From: an uncultured bacterium
GTDB taxonomy: Bacteria; Patescibacteriota; Saccharimonadia; Saccharimonadales; Saccharimonadaceae
NCBI GenBank assembly: GCA_903866605.1
Contig: CAIPOF010000055.1
Span: forward strand, 1-53,775
Direction of reading: 5' to 3'
DNA: 53,775 nt
The notes under the pieces were generated by a model. The model saw only the letters and a list, made by a program, of their open reading frames with translations. It searched no databases and was not told the DNA's origin. Positions 36,957-45,545 of the stretch are shown in pieces. The number at the start of each line of letters is the position of its first letter. The first letter of the stretch is position 1. The position numbers and the translations under genes are program-made.

Positions 36957-38327
36957 TTACGGTCTTACATAATGGGCATTGGCGGAATTTTTCCAGTAAC
37001 TTGAAGAACGTGAAAAGTATTTAACTTTACTGGGGAATGATCCTCCATTACCCTCGACAGTATAGTAATTGCCATTATTTAAAATTTTAATTAATATGCC
37101 CGTATGTCCTTTGGAGAGATCATTTGTATGCCAACCTACTATATCACCTGGAATTGGATTTCCATTATTATAATTTTTTAATCTACTTCCAGCTTTTGCA
37201 AACAAATCGCTTACCCCACAAGCTCTTAATGAATTGCCGTTATCATAAGGTGGACATGGTCCATTTTGAGGTGCACATGGTGGTGTTAATGTTGACTTAT
37301 GATGAATAAACGATACAAAAGAAGCACACCAAGCAACACCTGGGCAACCTGTATATTTTTGGTATTCACCTAATCGGTCATATTGCCATTTGTTATTACT
37401 ATCCTTCCATCTACCTATATTATCCCCTAATGCTAGAGTTTCTCCGTAACCTTTACCAGTTTCGTTTTCAGCATTTGCAACCATCTTACTATTTCGAATT
37501 TGTTGTGCAGATAGTGCGGTTATCCCTTCTTCGGCAGCTGACGCAGCTCTGGCTGTTGAAACCTCGGTTTCAACAGCCGTGAATTCCTCTGATGTCAGAT
37601 TATCTCCATCAGAAGTATCTGGACTTTCAATTGCCGCATCTGGCGTAGCAGGCTCTGGTGTTATTTCTGCTATAGGATCAACCACATTCGTAGGGTCGGA
37701 GCCAGAGGTTGTCGGCTCGGTTGTAGTTGTTGTCTCAGATGCAACCGTATTCTCTGTCGCAGGTGCAGCAAATAGTGGAATAACAAAATTATCTATTGCA
37801 TATCCAACTACAGAGTTGCCAGACGTGACAGATTTAAATTCTTGATTTATTGCATCAATTGCTTGTTGTGGAGTTTGACGAGTTTGAACCATCGTGGCAG
37901 AAGTGGCTGTAGGCACTGAAAATATTCCAACCACCCAATTTACCACCGCGTATGCCGCAATGGCGACCACCAGGCCTATGACCGAGTATAATATTGTGTT
38001 TTTGGCTGCTGTTATTGATTTTTCATCACCACCTGATATGGTATAGCGTATTCCACCGTATATCAGCATTAGTACACTGACGGCCCCAACAATATATAAC
38101 AAGGTGTTTACAATATTTTTTACTACCGAGTTTGAACCAAAAAGATTGCTGGGAGTACCATTATCTGATCCATCAGTGTTTTGATGGGCTTTAGCGGCAC
38201 CCTTTTGAAGACCAGTTGTAACAACAGAAGCAAAAACGTTAGAATTATTAAGTAGGATTGTTGCCGAGACTAATATTGGGATAATTAATAGTGCAACAAA
38301 GATTAATTTTAGAGTTTTTATTTTCAT
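36957..38327 (-). CDS. Fusion of a TrbC/VirB2-like T4SS pilin module and a CHAP-domain peptidoglycan hydrolase
   Basis: Signal/TM segment, then two TM helices flanking GGIRYTISGGDEKSITAAKNTI (pilin-like). A T/E/P-rich linker follows, then the CHAP motifs GVAWCASFVSF, GDIVGW...GHTGILI and YYTVEGN. Confidence 0.7.
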   Translation of the reverse strand: MKIKTLKLIFVALLIIPILVSATILLNNSNVFASVVTTGLQKGAAKAHQNTDGSDNGTPSNLFGSNSVVKNIVNTLLYIVGAVSVLMLIYGGIRYTISGGDEKSITAAKNTILYSVIGLVVAIAAYAVVNWVVGIFSVPTATSATMVQTRQTPQQAIDAINQEFKSVTSGNSVVGYAIDNFVIPLFAAPATENTVASETTTTTEPTTSGSDPTNVVDPIAEITPEPATPDAAIESPDTSDGDNLTSEEFTAVETEVSTARAASAAEEGITALSAQQIRNSKMVANAENETGKGYGETLALGDNIGRWKDSNNKWQYDRLGEYQKYTGCPGVAWCASFVSFIHHKSTLTPPCAPQNGPCPPYDNGNSLRACGVSDLFAKAGSRLKNYNNGNPIPGDIVGWHTNDLSKGHTGILIKILNNGNYYTVEGNGGSFPSKVKYFSRSSSYWKNSANAHYVRP

Positions 38328-38429
38328 ACCTTTTTCCTTTTCGCTATGCGACTCTGTTTATTCTATGGTTTTTTATATCTACTTATACTTATAACAGAAA
38401 CTAGAAATAATATAAAGGATTTAAGTACG

Positions 38430-39233
38430 CTATGGCATAATTTTAGCAACTAAACTAGTGGTCACACTTTCAAGTGTTTTTTGTGGGCTCCATAGCCAAT
38501 AGGTAGCTGCAATGGTGGCTGTTTCGCCTCGCCATATTTTCATTGGTTGATCAAATGGCGTGCTAGTCACTTCCCCACTACTTGAAACCAATAATGTGTT
38601 TTGGTGAAAAACGGTAATGCTTATTGGATAAGTAATAGTAAATTTATGAATTGCTTCCACTAAATTGCTCAGCTGCATACTAAATGTCAAAACTTTTGGG
38701 TAGTAGACAGATTGAAATAATTTTTGCAATTGTGAGAATGATGCGACAAGCAACGTATTGGGCCGATCGACTAACAATTGACTGCTGTTTTTTAATAAGT
38801 CAATTGCATCACGCGTTATTGTCAGCGCCCCCTTGTAATCTTGGATAAAATTTTCATAAATTATAGCAGTCTCACTGTTACGTCCGGCGTCACCGATTAA
38901 TAATATTTCCGTTGCCCACTCGCCTATCGCTTTCATCTCAGTCAGGGCATCCTTAGCCAAACCTCCTGATGGGTTGCTGGATCCGAAAATAACCTCAGTC
39001 ATTGTAGTTGGGATAGATTTTTTTAATACGTCAGGTAATAGAATGCGAACTTCACCTGCACCGGTGCTAATGGCAGTGTTATAACTTTCGGCAACGCTAA
39101 TAAAACTAAGTTTATTCCCACCAATAATGCCAAGTTTTCCACTTTTTGAAAGTTGCTGAGGTTTTGACCATTCGATGTCGGGATAAAGTGGTTTGTCGGC
39201 AGTTTGTTTCTGCCAATAAGGATGTTCGTTCAT
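38430..39233 (-). CDS. Divergent YjeF C-terminal / carbohydrate-kinase-like protein
   Basis: GKLGIIGGN...STGAGEVRILLP and LLIGDAGRNSE resemble NAD(P)HX dehydratase blocks, but the C-terminal GxGD-type motif is not recognisable. ATG 39233 is preferred over 39257. Confidence 0.45.
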   Translation of the reverse strand: MNEHPYWQKQTADKPLYPDIEWSKPQQLSKSGKLGIIGGNKLSFISVAESYNTAISTGAGEVRILLPDVLKKSIPTTMTEVIFGSSNPSGGLAKDALTEMKAIGEWATEILLIGDAGRNSETAIIYENFIQDYKGALTITRDAIDLLKNSSQLLVDRPNTLLVASFSQLQKLFQSVYYPKVLTFSMQLSNLVEAIHKFTITYPISITVFHQNTLLVSSSGEVTSTPFDQPMKIWRGETATIAATYWLWSPQKTLESVTTSLVAKIMP

Positions 39234-39331
39234 CACACTATTATAACAGAGAGACATGAAATAGCGCCCCTTTGTTCGACGAGGTCGCTATTTCACGAAA
39301 CTCGGAGCGCGGGGCGCGAAAGATTGTTAAA

Positions 39332-39919
39332 CTAGGAGAGTTCGGGGTGGGGCCATCTGGATCCGTCGCCGAGGGCACAAATGATTTGGTACGCTGGTAC
39401 CATTTCATCTTTCAGGACGGTTTGATCACTTTTGACTTCGGCGCCATAGCCGATGAAGGCTCTTTTGCCGATCTTGACGCCATCGCCGATTTCGGTCGAG
39501 CTCTCGATGCGTGCGTCTTTCCTGATGCGCACGCAACCGCCGATGGAAACGAGGTTGCCGATCTTGACATGCTTGCCAACACGGCACTTCTCGCCGGTCT
39601 TGACTTCGGCACCGATTTTGGTGCCTCTACCAATCCATGCACTATCGCCTATCTTGGTCATGCAGCCGACGACGACGTTGTCATCGATGATGCTGTTGTC
39701 GCCGATTGTGCAGGCGTCGCCGATTACGACTTCACTGCCGATAACGACAGCATCGTCAATCTTGACGCCATCGCCGATCTTGCTGTTGTCGCCGATGATG
39801 ACGTCATCGTCAATCTTGACGCCATCGCCGATCTTGACGCTATCGCCGATAACAACATCATCACCGATGATGACATCATTACCGATCTTGGCACTGCTTG
39901 AGATTGATGCATTCTTCAA
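39332..39919 (-). CDS. Hexapeptide-repeat (left-handed beta-helix) protein, GC-rich
   Basis: About 27 consecutive hexapeptides (KIGNDV IIGDDV VIGDSV KIGDGV ...). TTG start. GC3-rich codons unlike the neighbouring genes. The open frames on the plus strand look like repeat artefacts. Confidence 0.75.
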   Translation of the reverse strand: MKNASISSSAKIGNDVIIGDDVVIGDSVKIGDGVKIDDDVIIGDNSKIGDGVKIDDAVVIGSEVVIGDACTIGDNSIIDDNVVVGCMTKIGDSAWIGRGTKIGAEVKTGEKCRVGKHVKIGNLVSIGGCVRIRKDARIESSTEIGDGVKIGKRAFIGYGAEVKSDQTVLKDEMVPAYQIICALGDGSRWPHPELS

Positions 39920-39979
39920 AGTCCCCCCGTTCCTAGTTGTAAATGAACAAATCTTGAGCGAATAATACTATGATATTAT

Positions 39980-40780
39980 CTATTTGTCAATTTTAATACT
40001 AATTGGGCAATGGTCTGAACCCAGAATATTTTGGTGTATCTGTACATCAGTTATTTTATTAACAATAGGCTTACTAACTAACCAATAATCAAGACGCCAT
40101 CCAACATTACGAACTCTTGCATTAGCCCAGTGTGTCCACCAAGTGTAGGCATCAGATCTATAAGGGAATTTGAACCTGTATATATCGACAAAGCCCGCTT
40201 TTTCGAATTTATCGAAACCTGACCTTTCTTCGTTGGTAAAGCCATGTTTTCCAATGTTTGATTTCGGATTGGCAAGGTCAATTTCATTGTGTGCTACGTT
40301 TAAATCGCCACAAAATAGAACAGGTTTTGTTTGTTCAAGTGTTTTTATGTGTTCTAAAAATGCAGGGTCCCATTGTTCGTGACGAAGTTTTAACCTGGAC
40401 AAATCACTTTTTGAGTTAGGCGTATAAACTGTAACAACCCAAAAATTATCAAATTCAGCTGAGATTACTCTACCCTCTTTTGTCGGATCACCATAACTAT
40501 CACTGGGTAGTTTATTTTTTTCAATGATACCATCTGCGAACCCGTTAATAACGCTAAGGGGTTTAATTTTGGAAAAAATTGCAGTTCCGCTATAACCAGC
40601 TTTATCGGCACTATTCCAATATTCAATATAATCTGGTAAATTTATTTCGGCCTGTCCTTCACGGGCTTTGGTTTCTTGTAAACACAAAATATCAGGCTGA
40701 TGCTCGGCCATAAATGTTTGAAAAGCACCTTTTTTTATAACTGCCCGAATTCCATTGACGTTCCAAGAATATAGTTTCAT
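39980..40780 (-). CDS. xthA: Exodeoxyribonuclease III
   Basis: MKLYSWNVNGIRA, LCLQETK and GSDHCPISI motifs. ATG 40780 has a GAGG SD. The in-frame upstream extension to 40885 is not conserved-looking. Confidence 0.9.
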   Translation of the reverse strand: MKLYSWNVNGIRAVIKKGAFQTFMAEHQPDILCLQETKAREGQAEINLPDYIEYWNSADKAGYSGTAIFSKIKPLSVINGFADGIIEKNKLPSDSYGDPTKEGRVISAEFDNFWVVTVYTPNSKSDLSRLKLRHEQWDPAFLEHIKTLEQTKPVLFCGDLNVAHNEIDLANPKSNIGKHGFTNEERSGFDKFEKAGFVDIYRFKFPYRSDAYTWWTHWANARVRNVGWRLDYWLVSKPIVNKITDVQIHQNILGSDHCPISIKIDK

Positions 40781-41075
40781 TACCTCTATTATAATACAAT
40801 TTTCACCCATTGTGGGCCTTTCTGTCCGATTAATATCTTTGTTTTCGTTCGTATCCTTCACATCATCGTAATAAACGATAACCAATCTCGTTTCGCGTTA
40901 ATAATTTAATCCAGACAACTTTGTATCCTGCGTAACTCGTTACCACTCAAACATACTCGGATAGCACGGTTGCCTGGATTAAAATATTACGGTAACTCAA
41001 CAGGTTATCTTATTATCACAATGAAATGAAGTCTACTAAATGCGCAAATCAAGTATGATATCACTTACTTTATTA

Positions 41076-41149
41076 CCAACAGACTGTGCCGGAAGGCAGC
41101 CGAACGCCACGTGCTAATCCAAAGGATTACACGTAGAGTGTGCTGTTGG
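41076..41149 (+). ncRNA. Second copy of the CGCCACGUGCU-hairpin-ACACGUA motif inside a closed stem; strand uncertain
   Basis: Closing stem CCAACAG/CUGUUGG. Hairpin UGCC-GGAA-GGCA. Hairpin 41109-41134 is homologous to 20808-20829 with a compensatory apical stem. Confidence 0.3.
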
Positions 41150-41193
41150 AATAAATGTAAGTGACAGCAGACGGTAGAAAGCAAAAACGTCTT

Positions 41194-41670
41194 TTATGAG
41201 TTTTTTATTGCTCGCTGAATATCACGCTCTTGGTCACGACGTTTCATAGTTTCACGTTTATCGTAATTTTTTTTACCTTTTCCAAGCGCTATCACTACTT
41301 TTATAAAACGTCCACCTGTCAATATTTTTATTGGCACGATACTCATACCTGATTGTTTTTTATCATATAAGTTATCAATTTGTTTGCGATTGGCCAGTAA
41401 TTTTCGAGGTGAAGTGTCAATACTTCGTGCGCCAACTTTGCCTTTTTCATTTAATTTCAAACTGAAACTGGCGTTGTTCAGCCACAATTCATTATCACGG
41501 ATACTGACGAAAGATCCTTTTAATTGAATATGACCGTCACGGGCAGCTCTTGTCTCTAGTCCTGTAAGTGCAATACCAACTACTAACTCATCATCCAAAG
41601 AGTAATCAAAAGAAGCCCTTCGATTTACGATGGATTTAGGTTTACTGCTGATTTTCTTTTTCTGTGCCAT
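41194..41670 (-). CDS. smpB: SsrA-binding protein SmpB
   Basis: IVNRRASFDYSLDDELVVGIALTGLE...LKGSFVSIRDNELWLNNASF plus a basic C-terminal tail. Confidence 0.95.
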   Translation of the reverse strand: MAQKKKISSKPKSIVNRRASFDYSLDDELVVGIALTGLETRAARDGHIQLKGSFVSIRDNELWLNNASFSLKLNEKGKVGARSIDTSPRKLLANRKQIDNLYDKKQSGMSIVPIKILTGGRFIKVVIALGKGKKNYDKRETMKRRDQERDIQRAIKNS

Positions 41671-41731
41671 GACAAACTAATTGTAGCAGATTATTGTAAC
41701 TGACTAATGTTTTAATTCTTAATTTTTGTCA

Positions 41732-41740
41732 TGCTATAAT
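41732..41740 (+). promoter_or_regulatory. Extended -10 element TGCTATAAT
   Basis: It ends 9 nt before ATG 41750 with no SD, implying a leaderless or near-leaderless mRNA. Confidence 0.45.
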
Positions 41741-41749
41741 CGATATTAT

Positions 41750-42925
41750 ATGAAAATACTAATTGCATCAGATTTATACTGGCCGACTGTCAATGGAGTG
41801 TCAATGGCGGCTCGTACTCTAGCCAAAGGGCTCGCGAATCGAGGCCATGAAGTTTTAGTCATTGCACCAAGTCAAATTGGTAAAAAATACAAAGAGGTTG
41901 ATGGAAATTATGTTGTTGCTCGAACCGCATCGACTGTCTTTCCTTATTATCAGAATTTTAGGATATGCCTATATCCGAATCTAGAAGTAAAGAAAATCAT
42001 CAAGGATTTTAACCCAGATGTTGTCCATTTAATGGGTTTTTTGATGATTAGCCAGGCCGTTATGAAATATAGTCAGAGATACGACATCCCAATTGTTAGT
42101 ACAAACCACGCTATGCCAGAAAACCTGATGGATAATCTGAAAAGGTTAGCGCCTCTATCGCGGCCAATAAATTATGTGATGAAAGAGTATATCGTTCGTT
42201 TCCATAAAAAAACCGATTACTTTACTATGCCAACACAATCTGCTTTGGACATTTTTAAACTATCGACTAGAAAATTAAAAATACCTGTTGAGGCAGTTTC
42301 GAATGGTATTGACCTTAGCCGTTTCAGTGTCGGTAAACCATCTAAAAAAGTTATTGATAAATTCAAAATTCCAACCGGTAAACCGATTGTTTCGTACATT
42401 GGTCGAGTTGATGCCGAAAAACATATTTCAGTACTGATTAACGCATTCGTTCGTGTCCTAAAAAACCAAGATGCTCACATGCTAATTGTTGGAAAAGGTA
42501 CCGAAACTGCAAATTTACAGGCACAAGCCAGGAATTTAGGTATATATGACAAGATGACATTTACGGGCTGTGTCAATGATCAAGAAATTGCTGATTTACA
42601 CAAAGTCGGAACTGTTTTTTGCATGGCCTCACCTGTCGAATTACAAAGTATTGCTATGTTGGAAGCAATGGCAAGTGGCAAACCAATTGTTTCAGTTGAT
42701 GCCGGACCATTGAAGGAATTATGCCAAGACGGCCGGAATGGTATTCTTTGCGAAACTGATAACGATAAAGAAATTGCTGATGCGATAATCCTTATTATAT
42801 CTGACCCTAAATTAGCCGAATCTATGGGAAACGAAAGTTTGAAAATTGCTGCAACGCACGACTTACAAAAGACGCTTGAAAGATACGAACAAATTTACAA
42901 AAAAGTGATTAGTTCACATATTTGA
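41750..42925 (+). CDS. GT4-family glycosyltransferase
   Basis: MKILIASDLYWPTVNGVSMAARTLAKGLANRGHEV N-terminus and C-terminal MLEAMASGKPIV (E-x7-E region). Confidence 0.85.
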   Translation: MKILIASDLYWPTVNGVSMAARTLAKGLANRGHEVLVIAPSQIGKKYKEVDGNYVVARTASTVFPYYQNFRICLYPNLEVKKIIKDFNPDVVHLMGFLMISQAVMKYSQRYDIPIVSTNHAMPENLMDNLKRLAPLSRPINYVMKEYIVRFHKKTDYFTMPTQSALDIFKLSTRKLKIPVEAVSNGIDLSRFSVGKPSKKVIDKFKIPTGKPIVSYIGRVDAEKHISVLINAFVRVLKNQDAHMLIVGKGTETANLQAQARNLGIYDKMTFTGCVNDQEIADLHKVGTVFCMASPVELQSIAMLEAMASGKPIVSVDAGPLKELCQDGRNGILCETDNDKEIADAIILIISDPKLAESMGNESLKIAATHDLQKTLERYEQIYKKVISSHI

Positions 42926-43763
42926 TGATTGCGTTTGCAACTTGATCTGGGGTTTCATAATGTGTTAAATGACCAACTTTTTTTATTATCACCAGTTCGG
43001 AATTTGAAAATAATTTCACCAATTCCCTTTGCCTTTTAATTGGAGTAACGTCATCTAACTCTCCAGCGATTAACAATGTTGGCGTGGTGATGCCAGTCGC
43101 TACTTCGCGAACGCTATAATGAATTGATGACTGGAAAGCTTCATCAACGGTCTGGCGATTGGCAAACGTGCTAAAGTGTTGCAAATGCTGGTTATGGATG
43201 AATTTTCTGGTCTTTTTATCATGAGTTTTGGCTAGCGTTATGCTCATTGCCATAACACTTGGTTTAGATGCCAACAGTCGTGTTCCGGATGATTCAGGTA
43301 ACTTTCGGCAAAGCCAATAAAACGCGACTGCTATTTGAGTTAAAATCGCATTAGATCCTTTGAGGGCCGGATAGCCAATGGGGTTAACGAGAATTAGTTT
43401 TTTTATGCTTTTTGGGTATTCTTTTGCAAAGTAGCTGACAATAATACTGCCAAATGAATGGCCTAGTAAAATTGGTGGCTCGTCTAAGTTTAACTCACTC
43501 ATGAACTTTTTTAACCATTTTACGTAATTTCCAATAGAATGTTCGTTTTTTAGTGGCTTTGATTCTCCAAAACCAGGTAAATCAGGTACAATAATCCTGA
43601 ATCCATTTAAATTTTTGGCAATTAAATCAAGTCCATGATGCGTTCCACGAAGTCCATGGATCATTACAATAACTGGTAATTTTGGATTGTCATTATAGAC
43701 CCAATAATCAGTCACATCCATTTTTAGGTGTTTAGCCATACTTAACATTATATCATCTATCAA
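42909..43763 (-). CDS. Alpha/beta-fold hydrolase
   Basis: VIVMIHGLRGTHHG, nucleophile elbow GHSFGS, and C-terminal GHLTHYE. TTG start with AGAGG SD. Its 3' end overlaps the GT4 gene by 17 nt. Confidence 0.8.
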   Translation of the reverse strand: MIDDIMLSMAKHLKMDVTDYWVYNDNPKLPVIVMIHGLRGTHHGLDLIAKNLNGFRIIVPDLPGFGESKPLKNEHSIGNYVKWLKKFMSELNLDEPPILLGHSFGSIIVSYFAKEYPKSIKKLILVNPIGYPALKGSNAILTQIAVAFYWLCRKLPESSGTRLLASKPSVMAMSITLAKTHDKKTRKFIHNQHLQHFSTFANRQTVDEAFQSSIHYSVREVATGITTPTLLIAGELDDVTPIKRQRELVKLFSNSELVIIKKVGHLTHYETPDQVANAIIKYVN

Positions 43764-43781
43764 TCCTACCTCTGTTATGTT

Positions 43782-45482
43782 ATGCTGGTACGGATGATTG
43801 CTGATATCACGATTACCGAAAAAAGTTTTGGTCCCAAAATACTAATGAGTGGGATTAAATTTAGTATTAACGACAATGAAAAAGTCGGTGTTATTGGTCG
43901 CAATGGTATTGGTAAATCAACCTTGTTTAATATCTTGACGGGCAGTGACCATGATTTTACGGGTGATATTATTTTCAAACATGGCACAGTTGTAGTATCA
44001 ACTGCCCAAGAACATCACGATATGGGCGATACTACAGTTTTACAATATATATTGACGGGTTTGCCAGAATATTCTAAACTATCCCATATAATCGAAAATC
44101 ACCCAAATACTATGGGTGACAATATGAAATTAATTGATGAATATACTCAGGCTTTGATGAGGTTTGACGACAAGGGTTTTTATCAAATCGAAGAACAAAT
44201 CGAACGCGAACTCGACAATTTTCAATTACCAGGTATTGCACACCGGGAGTTTCGAACCTTATCTGGTGGCGAAAAGCGACTGATTGAGGTTGTAAAAATA
44301 ATGCACAGCGATGCTGATTTAGCGCTGGTTGATGAGCCGACAAATCACATGGATTATATCGCTAAACAACAATATATTGAATGGATGAAAACGGCTCGTG
44401 AGGCAATGTTGGTTATTACTCATGATCGTGATGTATTAAATGAAGTCGATAGGATTATTGAACTAAAAGATGGCACCTGTGCCATTTATAAGGGCAACTA
44501 TGATGCCTATTTGAAACAAAATGCTGTTAGCACTGGTTCGAAAATGAATGATTTCGAAATGGTCGAAAAAAGGATTGCCAATTTGAAGGTAAAAGTTATT
44601 GACTATCAGCGGTTAAAGGAAAAATCACGTAATCCAGGTACTATTCAAAAGTTCAAACGTCAAGAGGAAAAATCACGAGCAGAATTGGCTGAATTGCAGA
44701 CGCTGGAAAAGCCAACTTTTTGGATCGATAAGGAATCGGCAGCAAATCTTAATTATAGGGTTTCAGCGCAATATGAAAAATTCAAATCAAAAAATATTAG
44801 AATGAATTTGCACGACGATGCATCGCGCAGTAAACACGTGTTAATTACAGTTCGAGATTTGTCATTAGGATATGACAGTCCCCTATTTGCTGGTATTAAT
44901 ATTGATTTACGTGAAGGTGAAGCATTGGAAATTCGTGGTCGTAATGGTGCCGGCAAAACTACGCTGATCAAAGCGTTGTTGGGTGGAACCAAATTTTTCG
45001 ACAGTGTTTCTTTATCAAGCATGTCAGATCGTACCTCGACGGGTGGTATTGTTCAATTTGCTGGTGAAATATTATTGGATAAACACGTTCGGATTGGGGT
45101 ATACGAGCAAGAGGTGTCGTCGACTTATTTTGATTTACCGCTTGAGGCTGCAATTGAACGTATGTATTTGGATCGTAGTCTTTCGATATCGACTACTAAA
45201 ATTCGAAGTTTGATGAGTGATTATTTGTTTACTGAAAATGACGGCAAAACACCGATTTTACACCTTTCAGGTGGACAAAAAGCTCGGTTTCAACTAATTG
45301 CGATGCTATCAAACAATCCTCAACTTTTAATTTTGGACGAACCAACAAATCATTTGGATTTGCCAAGTATTGAGGAATTAGAAATTGCTCTTAAAAAATA
45401 TTCTGGGGCTATAATTTATGTTAGTCATGATGGCTATTTTCGCCATGCCATTGACGGCGATGTTTTAAATATTGGCTTGTAG
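43782..45482 (+). CDS. ABC-F family ATPase (two ABC cassettes, no TM domain)
   Basis: GRNGIGKSTLFNIL / LSGGEKRL / LALVDEPTNHMD and GRNGAGKTTLIKAL / LSGGQKARF / LLILDEPTNHLD, joined by a charged linker. Confidence 0.9.
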   Translation: MLVRMIADITITEKSFGPKILMSGIKFSINDNEKVGVIGRNGIGKSTLFNILTGSDHDFTGDIIFKHGTVVVSTAQEHHDMGDTTVLQYILTGLPEYSKLSHIIENHPNTMGDNMKLIDEYTQALMRFDDKGFYQIEEQIERELDNFQLPGIAHREFRTLSGGEKRLIEVVKIMHSDADLALVDEPTNHMDYIAKQQYIEWMKTAREAMLVITHDRDVLNEVDRIIELKDGTCAIYKGNYDAYLKQNAVSTGSKMNDFEMVEKRIANLKVKVIDYQRLKEKSRNPGTIQKFKRQEEKSRAELAELQTLEKPTFWIDKESAANLNYRVSAQYEKFKSKNIRMNLHDDASRSKHVLITVRDLSLGYDSPLFAGINIDLREGEALEIRGRNGAGKTTLIKALLGGTKFFDSVSLSSMSDRTSTGGIVQFAGEILLDKHVRIGVYEQEVSSTYFDLPLEAAIERMYLDRSLSISTTKIRSLMSDYLFTENDGKTPILHLSGGQKARFQLIAMLSNNPQLLILDEPTNHLDLPSIEELEIALKKYSGAIIYVSHDGYFRHAIDGDVLNIGL

Positions 45483-45545
45483 TCTGGTGGTTTTGTTATC
45501 TTTTTGCTTATGGTATACTAAATTCATAATCATATGGGGTAACAC

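Noticed and set aside
39272-39965. Plus-strand ORFs 39272-39901 and 39453-39965, and minus-strand ORFs 39412-39642 and 39724-39912, overlapping the hexapeptide gene.
   Set aside because: These are artefacts of a GC-rich, stop-poor repeat. Only the 39332-39919 minus frame gives a regular [LIV]-G-x4 hexapeptide pattern.
41076-41149. Possible SRP (4.5S) RNA: a GGAA tetraloop closed by UGCC/GGCA resembles the apex of SRP helix 8.
   Set aside because: The conserved 3' strand (GGAAGCAGC) and the symmetric and asymmetric loops are absent, and the helix does not continue beyond 4 bp.
20772-41149. Invertible 20-kb segment bounded by the two inverted motif copies.
   Set aside because: Shared identity is only 11 plus 7 nt around a hairpin whose stem has diverged. 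No recombinase is present, and the segment is full of essential housekeeping genes.
40781-41193. tmRNA (ssrA) expected next to smpB, as in E. coli and many other bacteria.
   Set aside because: Neither strand shows a tRNA-like acceptor/T-arm (GGUUCGA-type T loop plus a terminal CCA partner of a 5' GGGG) or a plausible tag ORF ending in hydrophobic Ala-rich residues. ssrA is probably elsewhere in the genome.
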